A stretch of 64,000 nucleotides of DNA from Alphaproteobacteria bacterium (GTDB lineage Bacteria; Pseudomonadota; Alphaproteobacteria; JBFXJJ01). The stretch lies in contig JBFXJJ010000014.1 in the NCBI GenBank assembly GCA_050175015.1, positions 1-64,000 of the forward strand, in the 5' to 3' direction. The notes under the pieces were generated by a model. That model ran no database searches, had not been told where the DNA came from, and was given only the letters and a program-made list of their open reading frames with translations. Below, piece after piece: positions 33,896 through 44,045 of the stretch. Position 1 is the first letter of the stretch, and the number at the start of each line of letters is the position of its first letter. The translations under genes were made by a program, and so were the position numbers.

Positions 33896-35167
33896 ATGAG
33901 CAATACCAAGCTGTTTGAAGAAGCTCTTGCCTTTCATACCAAAGGGCGTAAGGGTAAAATAGAAGTTACACCAACCAAAAATCTTAAAACGCAGAAAGAT
34001 TTGTCCTTAGCGTATTCCCCAGGGGTTGCGGCACCTTGTCTTGAGATAAAACAAACTCCAGAACTAGCGTATGAATATACAGCTAAGGGCAATTTGGTTG
34101 GTGTGGTTTCCAATGGTACTGCTGTCCTCGGTTTAGGTAATATTGGTGCTTTGGCAGGCAAGCCTGTTATGGAAGGAAAATCGGTTTTATTTAAACGTTT
34201 TGCCGATGTTGATGCGATTGATATTGAGGTTGACAGCCTGAACGTTGATGAGGTTGTTAATTGTGTCAAGTTAATAGCTCCAACTTTTGGCGGGATAAAT
34301 CTTGAAGATATTAAAGCTCCTGAATGTTTTGCTATTGAGCGCAGGCTTAAAGAGATTTTAAATATTCCTGTTTTCCACGATGATCAGCACGGAACCGCTA
34401 TTGTGGCGGCTGCTGGTTTGATTAATGCTGTTGAGATAACGGGCAGAAAAATGAGTGATGTTAAAATGGTGGTTAATGGGGCAGGAGCCGCAGGAATTGC
34501 TTGTGTTGAATTGTTTAAGTTTTTAGGTGTTAAAAACCTGATTCTTTGTGATACTAAAGGTGTAATCAGTAAAAAACGCACAGAGAATATGAATTCTTTT
34601 AAAGAGGCACACGCCTTTGATACCGATAAAACCAGTTTGGAAGAAGTGATTGCAGGAGCCGATGTTTTTGTTGGATTATCAGCAAAAGGGGCGCTTTCTG
34701 CTGATATGGTTAAGAGTATGGCTTCCAATCCTATTATTTTTGCGATGGCAAATCCTGATCCTGAAGTAACGCCAGAAGAAGTGTCCGCAATTAGAGATGA
34801 TGCTATCGTGGCAACGGGACGTTCAGATTATCCTAATCAGATTAATAATGTTCTTGGCTTCCCTTATATTTTTAGAGGAGCTTTGGACGTTAGGGCTAAA
34901 GCTATTAATGAGGAAATGAAGCTTGCCGCAGCTTATGCTTTGGCAAAACTGGCAAAAGAAGAAGTGCCGCAAGAAGTAAAGGAAATATATGCGGGCAAAA
35001 ATTTAAGTTTTGGCAGGGAATATATTATTCCAACTCCGTTTGACCCTAGATTGATTGTTGAAGTTCCTTTGGCGGTTGCAAAGGCGGCTATCTCTTCAGG
35101 GGTTGCTCTAGCACCATTTAAAGACGAGGTCGAGTATATATCAAAGCTTTCACAAAGATTATCTTAA
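33896..35167 (+). CDS. NAD(P)-dependent malic enzyme (MaeB N-terminal type, no PTA domain)
   Basis: LSLAYSPGVA, PVMEGK, NLEDI, HDDQHGT, GAGAAG, ATGRSD.PNQ; 423 aa. Confidence 0.93.
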   Translation: MSNTKLFEEALAFHTKGRKGKIEVTPTKNLKTQKDLSLAYSPGVAAPCLEIKQTPELAYEYTAKGNLVGVVSNGTAVLGLGNIGALAGKPVMEGKSVLFKRFADVDAIDIEVDSLNVDEVVNCVKLIAPTFGGINLEDIKAPECFAIERRLKEILNIPVFHDDQHGTAIVAAAGLINAVEITGRKMSDVKMVVNGAGAAGIACVELFKFLGVKNLILCDTKGVISKKRTENMNSFKEAHAFDTDKTSLEEVIAGADVFVGLSAKGALSADMVKSMASNPIIFAMANPDPEVTPEEVSAIRDDAIVATGRSDYPNQINNVLGFPYIFRGALDVRAKAINEEMKLAAAYALAKLAKEEVPQEVKEIYAGKNLSFGREYIIPTPFDPRLIVEVPLAVAKAAISSGVALAPFKDEVEYISKLSQRLS

Positions 35168-35176
35168 GGACGAGTT

Positions 35177-36787
35177 ATGGGCAGGACTATTTCTGGCATT
35201 TTTGAGTTGGGTCAAGATGCAACAAAGTATGAAAAATTAGAGATAAAAGGAATAGAAACTCAAAATATTAACGGTCATCAGTTAATTACAATTAAGCCAA
35301 ATGTTTTGGAGAAACTAACGTATAAAGCTTTTGCCCAAATTTCGCACTATTTAAGAAGCGATCATCTCAAAGCTTTAGCGGAGATAAGCAAAGATAATAA
35401 GGCATCTTTAAATGATAGGTATGTTGCAGGGGAGCTTTTAGAAAACAGTGTCATTGCAGCTAAAGGAATTCTGCCTCTGTGTCAAGATACTGGAACTGCT
35501 ATTGTTTACGGCTTAAAAGGACAGAATGTTTTTAGCGGCGAAGATGATGCCAAATTTATCGAAAAGGGCATTTGTGAAGCTTATAAAAAGCTTAATTTAA
35601 GATATTCGATGAATGCTCCGCTTTCAATGTATGATGAAATTAATACCAAAAACAATCTTCCTGCTGAAATTGATTTGAAAATTATTAAAGGTGATGAATA
35701 TAAGTTTTTGTTTATGGCTAAGGGCGGCGGCTCTGCTAACAAAACTTTTTTGTTTCAAGAGACTAGAGCGCTTCTTAGTAAAGAAAAGTTGTTAGATTTT
35801 TTATATCAAAAGATTTTAACAATAGGGACTTCGGCTTGTCCGCCATATCATATCGGAATAGCAATCGGAGGAATGACGCCAGAGTTATGCCTGAAAACGG
35901 CTAAAATGGCATCTGCTCGTTATTATGACCGCTTACCAAAGACTGGTAACGCTAAAGGCATAGCTTTTCGTGATTTGGAAACCGAAAAAAGTATTGTCGA
36001 ACTGGCTAATAAGACAGGGTATGGAGCTCAATTCGGAGGTCATAAGTTTTGCTTAGATGCAAGGGTTATAAGAATGCCGAGACACGGCGCATCTCTTCCT
36101 ATTGCGATTGCGGTTTCTTGCTCCGCAGATAGGCAGATAAAAGCTAAAATTAATCAAGATGGCGTTTTTATTGAAAAACTTGAAACTAATCCTAAAAAGT
36201 TTTTCACCATAAAAAACAAACCAGAAATAACCGAAGATAAGAAAATCAATTTAGACAAGCCTATGACTGAAGTCTTAAACCAGATTTCTAAACATAATAT
36301 AGGTGATTTACTTTATCTTTCAGGAACCATAATTGTGGCTCGAGATATTGCTCACGCAAGGTTTAAAGCTGAATTAGATAAAACTGGAGATATGCCTGAT
36401 TATTTAAGGAAGCACCCTGTTTTTTATGCTGGTCCTGCTAAAACTCCAGAAGGCTGCTTATGTGGAGCAATCGGCCCGACAACGGCAGGCAGAATGGACG
36501 TTTATATTGATGAGTTTCAGAAAAATGGCGCCTCAATGATAAGTATTGCAAAAGGTTTAAGAAGTGAACAAGTCGCCAAAGCTTGCAATAAATACGGCGG
36601 CTTTTACCTAGGGGCAATCGGCGGGGCGGCAGCAAGTCTTGCCACTAAAATTAAAGAAATAAAAACTATAGCTTATGAAGAACTGGGAATGGAAGCGGTC
36701 TTTGAAGTAAAAGTTGTTGATTTTCCTGTGTTTATATTGGTCAATAACAAAGGCGAAGACTTTTATCAAAACATTATAAAAAAATAA
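35177..36787 (+). CDS. Class I (Fe-S) fumarate hydratase
   Basis: CQDTG, KGGGSANK, ACPPY, PRHGAS, CSADR, ARDIAH, GPTTAGRM. Confidence 0.94.
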   Translation: MGRTISGIFELGQDATKYEKLEIKGIETQNINGHQLITIKPNVLEKLTYKAFAQISHYLRSDHLKALAEISKDNKASLNDRYVAGELLENSVIAAKGILPLCQDTGTAIVYGLKGQNVFSGEDDAKFIEKGICEAYKKLNLRYSMNAPLSMYDEINTKNNLPAEIDLKIIKGDEYKFLFMAKGGGSANKTFLFQETRALLSKEKLLDFLYQKILTIGTSACPPYHIGIAIGGMTPELCLKTAKMASARYYDRLPKTGNAKGIAFRDLETEKSIVELANKTGYGAQFGGHKFCLDARVIRMPRHGASLPIAIAVSCSADRQIKAKINQDGVFIEKLETNPKKFFTIKNKPEITEDKKINLDKPMTEVLNQISKHNIGDLLYLSGTIIVARDIAHARFKAELDKTGDMPDYLRKHPVFYAGPAKTPEGCLCGAIGPTTAGRMDVYIDEFQKNGASMISIAKGLRSEQVAKACNKYGGFYLGAIGGAAASLATKIKEIKTIAYEELGMEAVFEVKVVDFPVFILVNNKGEDFYQNIIKK

Positions 36788-37047
36788 AAGATACAATAAA
36801 AAAATAACGATTATTTGTTTTTTTGCAGATTTTTTTTAAAGTTTTTGTTAAAATTCATTTTAAAGTATTAACTGTGCAACCATAACTTTATGGTAATAAA
36901 ACAAACAATAGCATTGTTATCTATTCGATTGATATTAAGTATACAATATAATTTTTAGTTGTATAATTGTTATAAAAAATAAATTATAATAAAAAAAATT
37001 TGAAAAGAGTCTAAATACATTTTTAATGTAAAAGGGAGGACTTAAAT

Positions 37048-37929
37048 ATGAACAAACCTGACATCAAAAAGGTAAATATGTTATGGAACATATTTTTGAC
37101 ATTTATTGCTGTGATATTGTTTTATTTGACAGTTCAAAAAGATATAAAAATAACAGATAGTTCTTTTAGTACCGTTTCTGTTTTTCTTGCTATAGCTTTT
37201 ATATCATTTTTATCAGAATATACTGATTCTGCTTTAGGTATGGGGTTTGGAACAATATTAACTCCAGTTTTATTAATACTAGGATTTTCTCCTTTGCAGG
37301 TTGTTCCCTGTCTTTTAATATCAGAAACCTTATCAGGACTGTTTGCAGGAGCGTTCCATCACGCCTTAGGAAATGTTAATTTAAAAAAGGGCAGTGAGGA
37401 TAATGTCGCAATGAAAATTCTGGCATCTTGTTCTATTTTAGGAACTCTTTTTGCGGTTTATTGTGCTGTAAGTTTGCCCAAAGAAATGGTGAAAACTTAT
37501 ATTGCTGTTATGATTATAGCTATAGCAATATTTTTGATGCTTGGAAATAGGCTGTCATTGAAATATTCTAGAAAGAAAATGGTGTTTTTAGGTTTGGTTG
37601 CGGCTTTTAACAAGGGCATATCTGGCGGCGGTTATGGTCCTTTGGTTACTGGGGGACAAGTAATTATTGGGGTTGAAGAAAAAAAGGCAATAGGCATTAC
37701 CTCTTTTGCCGAAGGGCTGGTTTGTTTGGTTGGTGTCTTGTCATATTTGTATTTTAAAACAACCGACATTGATTTGTTCTTGGCTGTGCCTTTATGTACA
37801 GGTGCTTTACTATCCGTACCTTTAGCTGCATTTACGGTGAAGGTTGTGCCTCCTGAGATTGTGAGAGCCAAAATTGGATATGCAACTTTGTATCTTGGCA
37901 TTTTATGTTTTGTAAAATTGTTTATCTAA
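37048..37929 (+). CDS. Sulfite exporter TauE/SafE family membrane protein
   Basis: DSALGMGFGTILTP and NKGISGGGYGP repeated halves; about 9 TMs. Confidence 0.85.
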   Translation: MNKPDIKKVNMLWNIFLTFIAVILFYLTVQKDIKITDSSFSTVSVFLAIAFISFLSEYTDSALGMGFGTILTPVLLILGFSPLQVVPCLLISETLSGLFAGAFHHALGNVNLKKGSEDNVAMKILASCSILGTLFAVYCAVSLPKEMVKTYIAVMIIAIAIFLMLGNRLSLKYSRKKMVFLGLVAAFNKGISGGGYGPLVTGGQVIIGVEEKKAIGITSFAEGLVCLVGVLSYLYFKTTDIDLFLAVPLCTGALLSVPLAAFTVKVVPPEIVRAKIGYATLYLGILCFVKLFI

Positions 37930-38028
37930 AGCCTTTTTTATAAAAAGTTTTGATTTTATATTTACAAAAGCAAGAGCTGGAGTTTAACGCTTACCGCTAG
38001 GCAAAGGCTCTAAAACTATAAAAAAAAC

Positions 38029-38811
38029 TTAGAGAGCAAGCTGTTGTAAATCTTGCCACGTTTCCTTGTTTGTTGCACAGATTAAGCAACCCTTACTGTC
38101 TGCAACCGTATATTCGTTGCCATTAGCCAGTTTGGCTTCGGCTCCGATGGTATGGCAAGCCAAAATACCAGCAATATGATCCCAAGAATGAAGCGTTTGG
38201 GGCTTGAAAATTAAAAAGTCGGTCTTTTGCTTCAAAAAATCAAGATAGGCACCAGCAGCACTTCCAAACCAGTTAACATCAGGAACTGTTGCGGCTATTT
38301 TTTCTGTAATTGTTCCAACTATGCCGTTTAAGGTTGGCGTAGCTCCTTTGGGGGTTGGTAATGATATGGCTTCTTGCTTTTCATCAATACAGCCAGAGCC
38401 TTTTTCTGCAATGATATATTCGCCTGTTGTTGGTTTGAAAATATATCCCAAAACAGCTTCTTGCTTGATTACGAGTGATAATATAATCCCAAAATTAGGG
38501 TTTTGATTAACAAAGTTTCTTGTGCCATCAACTGGATCTATAATCCATATCGGATTATCAGATTTAAACACTTCTTTGCTTGTTTGTTCTTGAAATGCGG
38601 ACTCTTCACCAAAAACTAGAGAATTTGGTATTATTTTCAGTAACTCGGAACTTAGAAATTTTTCAGACAATAAATCTGCGGTTGTTACAAAATCATTGGG
38701 GTTGGTTTTAGTTTTAATATCATCATTTTGAAGCTTGCCAAACAGCGGCATAATAATTTTTTGAGAAGCTTCTTGTAAGATGTTGATGATGTCATCATTT
38801 TTTATATTCAA
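38029..38811 (-). CDS. Inositol monophosphatase family protein
   Basis: DFVTTAD, GEE, WIIDPVDGT, WD..AG. Confidence 0.9.
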   Translation of the reverse strand: MNIKNDDIINILQEASQKIIMPLFGKLQNDDIKTKTNPNDFVTTADLLSEKFLSSELLKIIPNSLVFGEESAFQEQTSKEVFKSDNPIWIIDPVDGTRNFVNQNPNFGIILSLVIKQEAVLGYIFKPTTGEYIIAEKGSGCIDEKQEAISLPTPKGATPTLNGIVGTITEKIAATVPDVNWFGSAAGAYLDFLKQKTDFLIFKPQTLHSWDHIAGILACHTIGAEAKLANGNEYTVADSKGCLICATNKETWQDLQQLAL

Positions 38812-38827
38812 GTTATTAAGTTCCTTA

Positions 38828-41800
38828 TCAATTATTAATGTTTGGTTTGGAAAGCCATTCTGATACTTTTTCTAAGTAGAGATATATTACAGGTGTTATG
38901 AAAAGAGTTAAAGCTTGTGATGTTAAAAGTCCGCCAACAACAGCAAGTCCAAGAGGTTGTCTTAGTTCCGAGCCCGCTCCTATTCCAAGAGCAATGGGAA
39001 GTGTTCCAAAAAGAGCAGCCATAGATGTCATCATAATTGGTCTAAAGCGCATTAAACAGGCTTGATAAATAGCTTGTTCTGCTGGAGTTCCATTGTTTTT
39101 TTCAATTATAGCAAAGTCTATCATTAAAATGGCATTTTTCTTAACAATACCAATGAGCATAATAATACCAATCATTGCGATGACACTAAGTTCGACTTTA
39201 AACAGCATAAGGGTTAAAATTGCTCCTAAACCTGCGGAAGGCAGTCCTGATAAAATTGTGATAGGGTGAATAAAGCTTTCATAAAGCATACCTAAGATTA
39301 TGTATATTACGAGTACAGATAGTAGAAGTAAAAACACCTGACCTGATGCAGAATCCTGAAAAGCTTGAGCCGTCCCTTGGAAACTTGTAGATATTGTTGA
39401 CGGAAGTCCGGTTTCTCTTTCTATTTGTTCGATGCGAGATACCGCATCGCCTAAGGCAAATCCTTGTGTTAGGTTAAATGATATTGTAACAGACGGAAGT
39501 TGTCCTTGATGGTTAACAGACAAAGGGCTAGTTGATTGTGTCAATGTTACAATTGTATCGAGAGGGATAAGGTCTCCTTGGTTACCTCTAACATAAAGTT
39601 TTTTTATGTCGGACGGCGATTTTTGGCTATCGGCGCTGCTTTCTAGAATTACCTTATAATCGTCATCGGGTTTATATATGGTTGCAACTTCAGCATTGCC
39701 AAAGGCGGCGTATAATGTTTGCCTAATGTCATAATCACTGACCCCTAAGCTCGCAGCTTTATCTCTGTTTATATTAACCAAAGTGGCTAAACTCTTTAGT
39801 TGGAGATCTGTATTAACATCTTGAAAGATTGGTTCCGATTTTAGTGTCTGCTCAACTTTCTCAGACCAATTATAAAGCTCATCTAAATCACTTCCCTGCA
39901 GGGTATATTGGTAAAGGCTTTTAGCGGGGCGCCCTCCAATTTGAATGTTTTGGATTGGCTGCATAAAAATGTTAAAGCCCTCAATAGCACTTAAATCCTT
40001 TTTTAGTTTTTTCATAACTTCATTAGCGTGAGGTCTTGTATTGTAAGGAGTTAATCCAATAAGAATTCGTCCTGAATTCATAGATCCTCGGCTTCCGCCT
40101 AAAAAGTAAAATACTTTTTCAACATTTGGCTCTTTTGCAATAATTTCGGCGGCCTGCCTTTGTTTATCAAGCATAGAGGTATAAGAAATATCTTGGGCAC
40201 CTTCTGTTGAAGCAATAATCATTCCTGTATCTTCAATGGGGAAAAAACCTTTAGGTACGATAGCAAAAACATAGATTGTGCCAAACAATGTTAAGAAGGT
40301 CATAAATAAAGTGGTTTTCTTATATTTTAAAACTATAAGCAGAGATTTGTTATAGGCGTTTAATAGAAGTTCAAAACCATATTCCAGTAATTGTCCCAAA
40401 AAGTTTTCTTTTTCATTTTCTTTGTGAGGTTTAAGCCACAGACTACACAGCATAGGTGTGAGAGTTAAAGATATGAAGCCTGAAACTAAGATAGCAAAAC
40501 TTATAGTTATCGCAAACTCTAAAAAGAGCCTTCCCACAATTCCTCCCATAAAAATGACAGGAATAAAAACGGCAACCAAAGAAAGAGTTATTGAGATAAT
40601 AGTGAACCCAATTTCTTTAGCGCCCTTTAGTGCAGCTTCAAATGGTTTATCTCCTTGCTCAATGTATCTTACAATGTTTTCTAGCATAACAATAGCATCA
40701 TCAACGACAAAGCCAACACATAAGGTTAAAGCTAGAAGTGATATGTTGTTAATACTGAAACCAAAAGCCGCCATACCTCCATAGGTTGCCACGATTGATA
40801 ATGGAACAACAATAGCAGGGATAATTGTTGCTGAAAATTTTCTTAAAAAAAGAAAGATTACAGCTATAACTAAGACTATTGTTAATTTTAAAGTGAATTG
40901 AACATCGTGAACCGCTTCCTTAACTGCTATTGAGCGGTCAAAAATAGGGGTTAACTCTACTGACGGAGGAAGTTGGGCTTTAAGCCTAGGAAGCATAGCT
41001 CTTACGCTTTCTACAACTTCAATAGTATTAGCATCAGGCTGGCGCTGAATTGCAATGTTTACAGCTTTTTTGCCATTGGTTACGGCTGTTGTGTGGAGGT
41101 CTTCTACAGAATCATAGACATTAGCAACATCTTGCAGTCTTATGGGTGCTCCATTACGCCAAGCTATAATTAGTGATTTAAAATCGTCTGCTTTTTCGGC
41201 TGTATTTGAAATATTTATATTAAATAATTGTTTATCGCCGTTAATAAAACCTGTAGGCGAGTTCGATGAATTTTCACTTATGGCTTCTTTTAATTCGGAA
41301 AAACTTAAGTTATGAGCAGCTAAAGCTTGTGGATTTGCCTGAATTCTTACCGCATATTTTTGAGAACCATATATTATTACCTGAGCAACCCCTGAAAGCG
41401 TTGATATTCTGTTGCTGATTAAAGTATTGGCATATTCATTAACTTTAGATATGGGGACAGTTTCAGATGACACTGATATTATAATAATTGCTTGGTCTGC
41501 GGGATTTACCTTTGAAAAAGATGGAGGGTTGGTCATTTCTGGCGGTAAATTTTTCAGTGTTGCTGAAATAGCAGTTTGAACATCGAGAGCAGCGCCATCA
41601 ATATCTCGGCTGAGGTCAAACTGTAAAGTGATTTGCGTTGATCCCAAGAAACTGCTTGATGTCATAGACGTTATGCCTGCAATTCTGGAAAATTGGCGCT
41701 CTAAAGGCTGGGCTACAGAAGAAGCCATTGTTTCAGGGCTTGCTCCTGCTAACGTTGCTGATACTTGAATTGTTGGGAAGTCAACTTGAGGCAGGGCGCT

Positions 41801-41902
41801 TATGGCAAGATTTCGATAGCCCGCAATACCTCCGACAATAATAGCTATAGTTAAAAGAGTTGTAAAAACAGGTCTTCTAATGCAGAATTCTGATATATTC
41901 AT
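38828..41902 (-). CDS. RND efflux permease (MdtB/MdtC-like)
   Basis: RRPVFT, LPQVDFPTI, GFVVDDAIV, GIVKKNAI, RFRPIMMT; 1024 aa. Confidence 0.95.
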   Translation of the reverse strand: MNISEFCIRRPVFTTLLTIAIIVGGIAGYRNLAISALPQVDFPTIQVSATLAGASPETMASSVAQPLERQFSRIAGITSMTSSSFLGSTQITLQFDLSRDIDGAALDVQTAISATLKNLPPEMTNPPSFSKVNPADQAIIIISVSSETVPISKVNEYANTLISNRISTLSGVAQVIIYGSQKYAVRIQANPQALAAHNLSFSELKEAISENSSNSPTGFINGDKQLFNINISNTAEKADDFKSLIIAWRNGAPIRLQDVANVYDSVEDLHTTAVTNGKKAVNIAIQRQPDANTIEVVESVRAMLPRLKAQLPPSVELTPIFDRSIAVKEAVHDVQFTLKLTIVLVIAVIFLFLRKFSATIIPAIVVPLSIVATYGGMAAFGFSINNISLLALTLCVGFVVDDAIVMLENIVRYIEQGDKPFEAALKGAKEIGFTIISITLSLVAVFIPVIFMGGIVGRLFLEFAITISFAILVSGFISLTLTPMLCSLWLKPHKENEKENFLGQLLEYGFELLLNAYNKSLLIVLKYKKTTLFMTFLTLFGTIYVFAIVPKGFFPIEDTGMIIASTEGAQDISYTSMLDKQRQAAEIIAKEPNVEKVFYFLGGSRGSMNSGRILIGLTPYNTRPHANEVMKKLKKDLSAIEGFNIFMQPIQNIQIGGRPAKSLYQYTLQGSDLDELYNWSEKVEQTLKSEPIFQDVNTDLQLKSLATLVNINRDKAASLGVSDYDIRQTLYAAFGNAEVATIYKPDDDYKVILESSADSQKSPSDIKKLYVRGNQGDLIPLDTIVTLTQSTSPLSVNHQGQLPSVTISFNLTQGFALGDAVSRIEQIERETGLPSTISTSFQGTAQAFQDSASGQVFLLLLSVLVIYIILGMLYESFIHPITILSGLPSAGLGAILTLMLFKVELSVIAMIGIIMLIGIVKKNAILMIDFAIIEKNNGTPAEQAIYQACLMRFRPIMMTSMAALFGTLPIALGIGAGSELRQPLGLAVVGGLLTSQALTLFITPVIYLYLEKVSEWLSKPNINN

Positions 41903-41904
41903 TC

Positions 41905-43038
41905 TTATTTCTTTGCTTCAATTTGGGTACCATCTAAGACTTTTAATAAACCGTCCATAATTACGAAATCAAGTTCAGAAAGACCATCTTTAATGATGGC
42001 ATTTTCATTAATAATTTGATCCAAAGTTACGTTTTTCTTAACTGCTTTGTTGTTGGCGAGGTCGGCAACAAAAACAAAACGATTTTGCTCATCGCCTTGC
42101 AGTGCAGAGGCCGGTATGACGATAGCTGATTTAACACGTCCTAATTGAATAGTTGTATTAACAAACATTCCTGGCCATAGTTTTTCTTCGGCATTATTGA
42201 ATTTTGCTCGAGCAACAAAAGTTCCATTGCTGGTGTCAATATTATTATCAATATAGTCAAGTGTACCAATCATTGCATGAGAGCATTCTGGCAGATTTAC
42301 TGATATTTGAACATCATTGTCGTTGATAGAGTTTTTAACTAAATGATAGTAGCGCTGAGGTACAGAAAATTGAACTAGAATGGGATCAACTTGGTTTATT
42401 GTTACTAAAGGAGTGTCCGCATTTGCTTTAACATTATTTCCTGTCGTTTGATTAATGGTTCCTGCGCGTCCTGTTATTGGGGAACGGATTTCCATATAAT
42501 CAAGCGTAACATTGCTGTTTTCAATAGCAGCTTTGTCCCCAGCGATTAATGCTGTTTGAGCATCTAATGATGCTTTGTCTTGTTCCAGTTTTGCAACAGT
42601 TGTATAGCCCTTGTTGGTTAATTCTAAAGACCTTTCATATTGGGACTTTATGCTTATAAGCTGAGCTTCATCTTTTTGGAGGTTAGCCTTTTGTTGTTCA
42701 AGTGTGGCTTTTAATGCTCTGTTATCAAGGGTGAAAAGTTTTGCCCCAGCTTTTACTAAATCACCGTCATGAAAGTGTACAGCAGCTATTTGAGAATCTA
42801 AACGTGATTTAATAGCAATCGTTTTATATGCAAAAACTGTTCCTGCCAACTGGATTTCAATGGGAATGTCTTTGCGTTCAACTGGTGCGATGCTTACTAT
42901 TACAGACGGTTTTGATGAAGCATCTTTTAAGCCTGAGGAAATTTCATTTGACTGGGCTGATGGCTGGTTAAAAAACCATAAATAACTTATTGTAATAGTT
43001 ATGAGCAGAATAAAAAAAGCCCATTTTTTCATAGACAT
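41905..43038 (-). CDS. RND membrane fusion protein (MdtA-like)
   Basis: N-terminal TM, lipoyl/hairpin region, IRSPITG, LWPGMFV. Confidence 0.93.
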   Translation of the reverse strand: MSMKKWAFFILLITITISYLWFFNQPSAQSNEISSGLKDASSKPSVIVSIAPVERKDIPIEIQLAGTVFAYKTIAIKSRLDSQIAAVHFHDGDLVKAGAKLFTLDNRALKATLEQQKANLQKDEAQLISIKSQYERSLELTNKGYTTVAKLEQDKASLDAQTALIAGDKAAIENSNVTLDYMEIRSPITGRAGTINQTTGNNVKANADTPLVTINQVDPILVQFSVPQRYYHLVKNSINDNDVQISVNLPECSHAMIGTLDYIDNNIDTSNGTFVARAKFNNAEEKLWPGMFVNTTIQLGRVKSAIVIPASALQGDEQNRFVFVADLANNKAVKKNVTLDQIINENAIIKDGLSELDFVIMDGLLKVLDGTQIEAKK

Positions 43039-43238
43039 TACCCCCAGCTATGTAGTTTTTATACTTTTTCGTTATTATGTAACGCTAAAATTGCTAGCTG
43101 TACAAGCTAAAAGTTAGAGTTTTCTTCATAAATATTCTTAAATAATTTATGTATTTAATTTTTTTATCTGATATCATACAACTAAAGGATATTTTTTGGT
43201 GTATGTTGTGAATATTAATTTTAAAAAGTATTGAAAAT

Positions 43239-43550
43239 ATGGATAATAGACCTAAGTATTTTAATACAAAAAATATATTATTGCTTTTGGTAGCAGCTAT
43301 GTTAGCGGGCTTTTTAGTTCCTGAGGATTTAGTTTTTAAGTTTTATGTTCCATCTCTTGTTTTTATAGGCTTAGGACTGGTGCTTGATATAGGAACTGGT
43401 CATTTTTGGGATAAAGAGCTTTCTGAAAACAAAAAAGATAAGGATAATGAAAAAAAAGGTGAAGATGCTAAGCTTCCATCACTAAAAAGAGCGCTTACGC
43501 TGCTTTTGATTGCTTTGTTATGTTTTGGCGGCTGTTTTTCGTTTTTATGA
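43239..43550 (+). CDS. Small membrane peptide 1 with C-terminal KLPS-x17-C motif (candidate precursor)
   Basis: 103 aa; hydrophobic N-part, charged linker, then KLPSLKRALTLLLIALLCFGGCFSFL; motif shared with the next two ORFs. Confidence 0.75.
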   Translation: MDNRPKYFNTKNILLLLVAAMLAGFLVPEDLVFKFYVPSLVFIGLGLVLDIGTGHFWDKELSENKKDKDNEKKGEDAKLPSLKRALTLLLIALLCFGGCFSFL

Positions 43551-43580
43551 TTTATAATATTAGATGTTTTTTGGTGTTTT

Positions 43581-43790
43581 ATGTATACGTATACTAAATC
43601 TTTAATTTTTAGCCTTATCGTTCCTTCTTATTGTATCTTGTTTGCGATTATCGGCTTTATATATGTCGAGATTGCTCGTCTGATAGCTAAAAAAGATGCT
43701 GATCCAAAGAAGCTTCCAAGCTTTCGCTCTCCATTAATTCTTATCTTGATTGCGTTTTTTAGTTTTTTTGGCTGTTTGTATTTGGGTTAA
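43581..43790 (+). CDS. Small membrane peptide 2 with C-terminal KLPS-x17-C motif (candidate precursor)
   Basis: 69 aa; AKKDADPKKLPSFRSPLILILIAFFSFFGCLYLG. Confidence 0.75.
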   Translation: MYTYTKSLIFSLIVPSYCILFAIIGFIYVEIARLIAKKDADPKKLPSFRSPLILILIAFFSFFGCLYLG

Positions 43791-43810
43791 TTTTTTTATA
43801 TGGTGATTTT

Positions 43811-44032
43811 ATGACTAGTTTTTTAATATTTTGTCTTGCGGTTTCTGTTGTTTTTTCAGTTTTAGCTGTTTTAAGTTTTTCGTATGTTGTAATTGTCCGC
43901 ACCATTCGAGCTGAGGCTAAAAAAGATGGTGATTGTAAAAAACTGCCCAGTTTTCGTTTTGCTCTGGTTGCATTTTTGATCGCTCTTTTTTGTTCTGGTG
44001 GGTGCTTTAGTGTGCTTTGGTTGAGCAAATAA
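43811..44032 (+). CDS. Small membrane peptide 3 with C-terminal KLPS-x17-C motif (candidate precursor)
   Basis: 73 aa; AKKDGDCKKLPSFRFALVAFLIALFCSGGCFSVLWLSK; the Cys is residue 65, as in peptide 2. Confidence 0.75.
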   Translation: MTSFLIFCLAVSVVFSVLAVLSFSYVVIVRTIRAEAKKDGDCKKLPSFRFALVAFLIALFCSGGCFSVLWLSK

Positions 44033-44045
44033 GGTTAAACCGTTG

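Noticed and set aside
43759-44028. 89-aa minus-strand ORF over peptides 2 and 3
   Set aside because: It is the Lys/Thr-rich mirror of the T-rich plus-strand genes, which carry the conserved motif.
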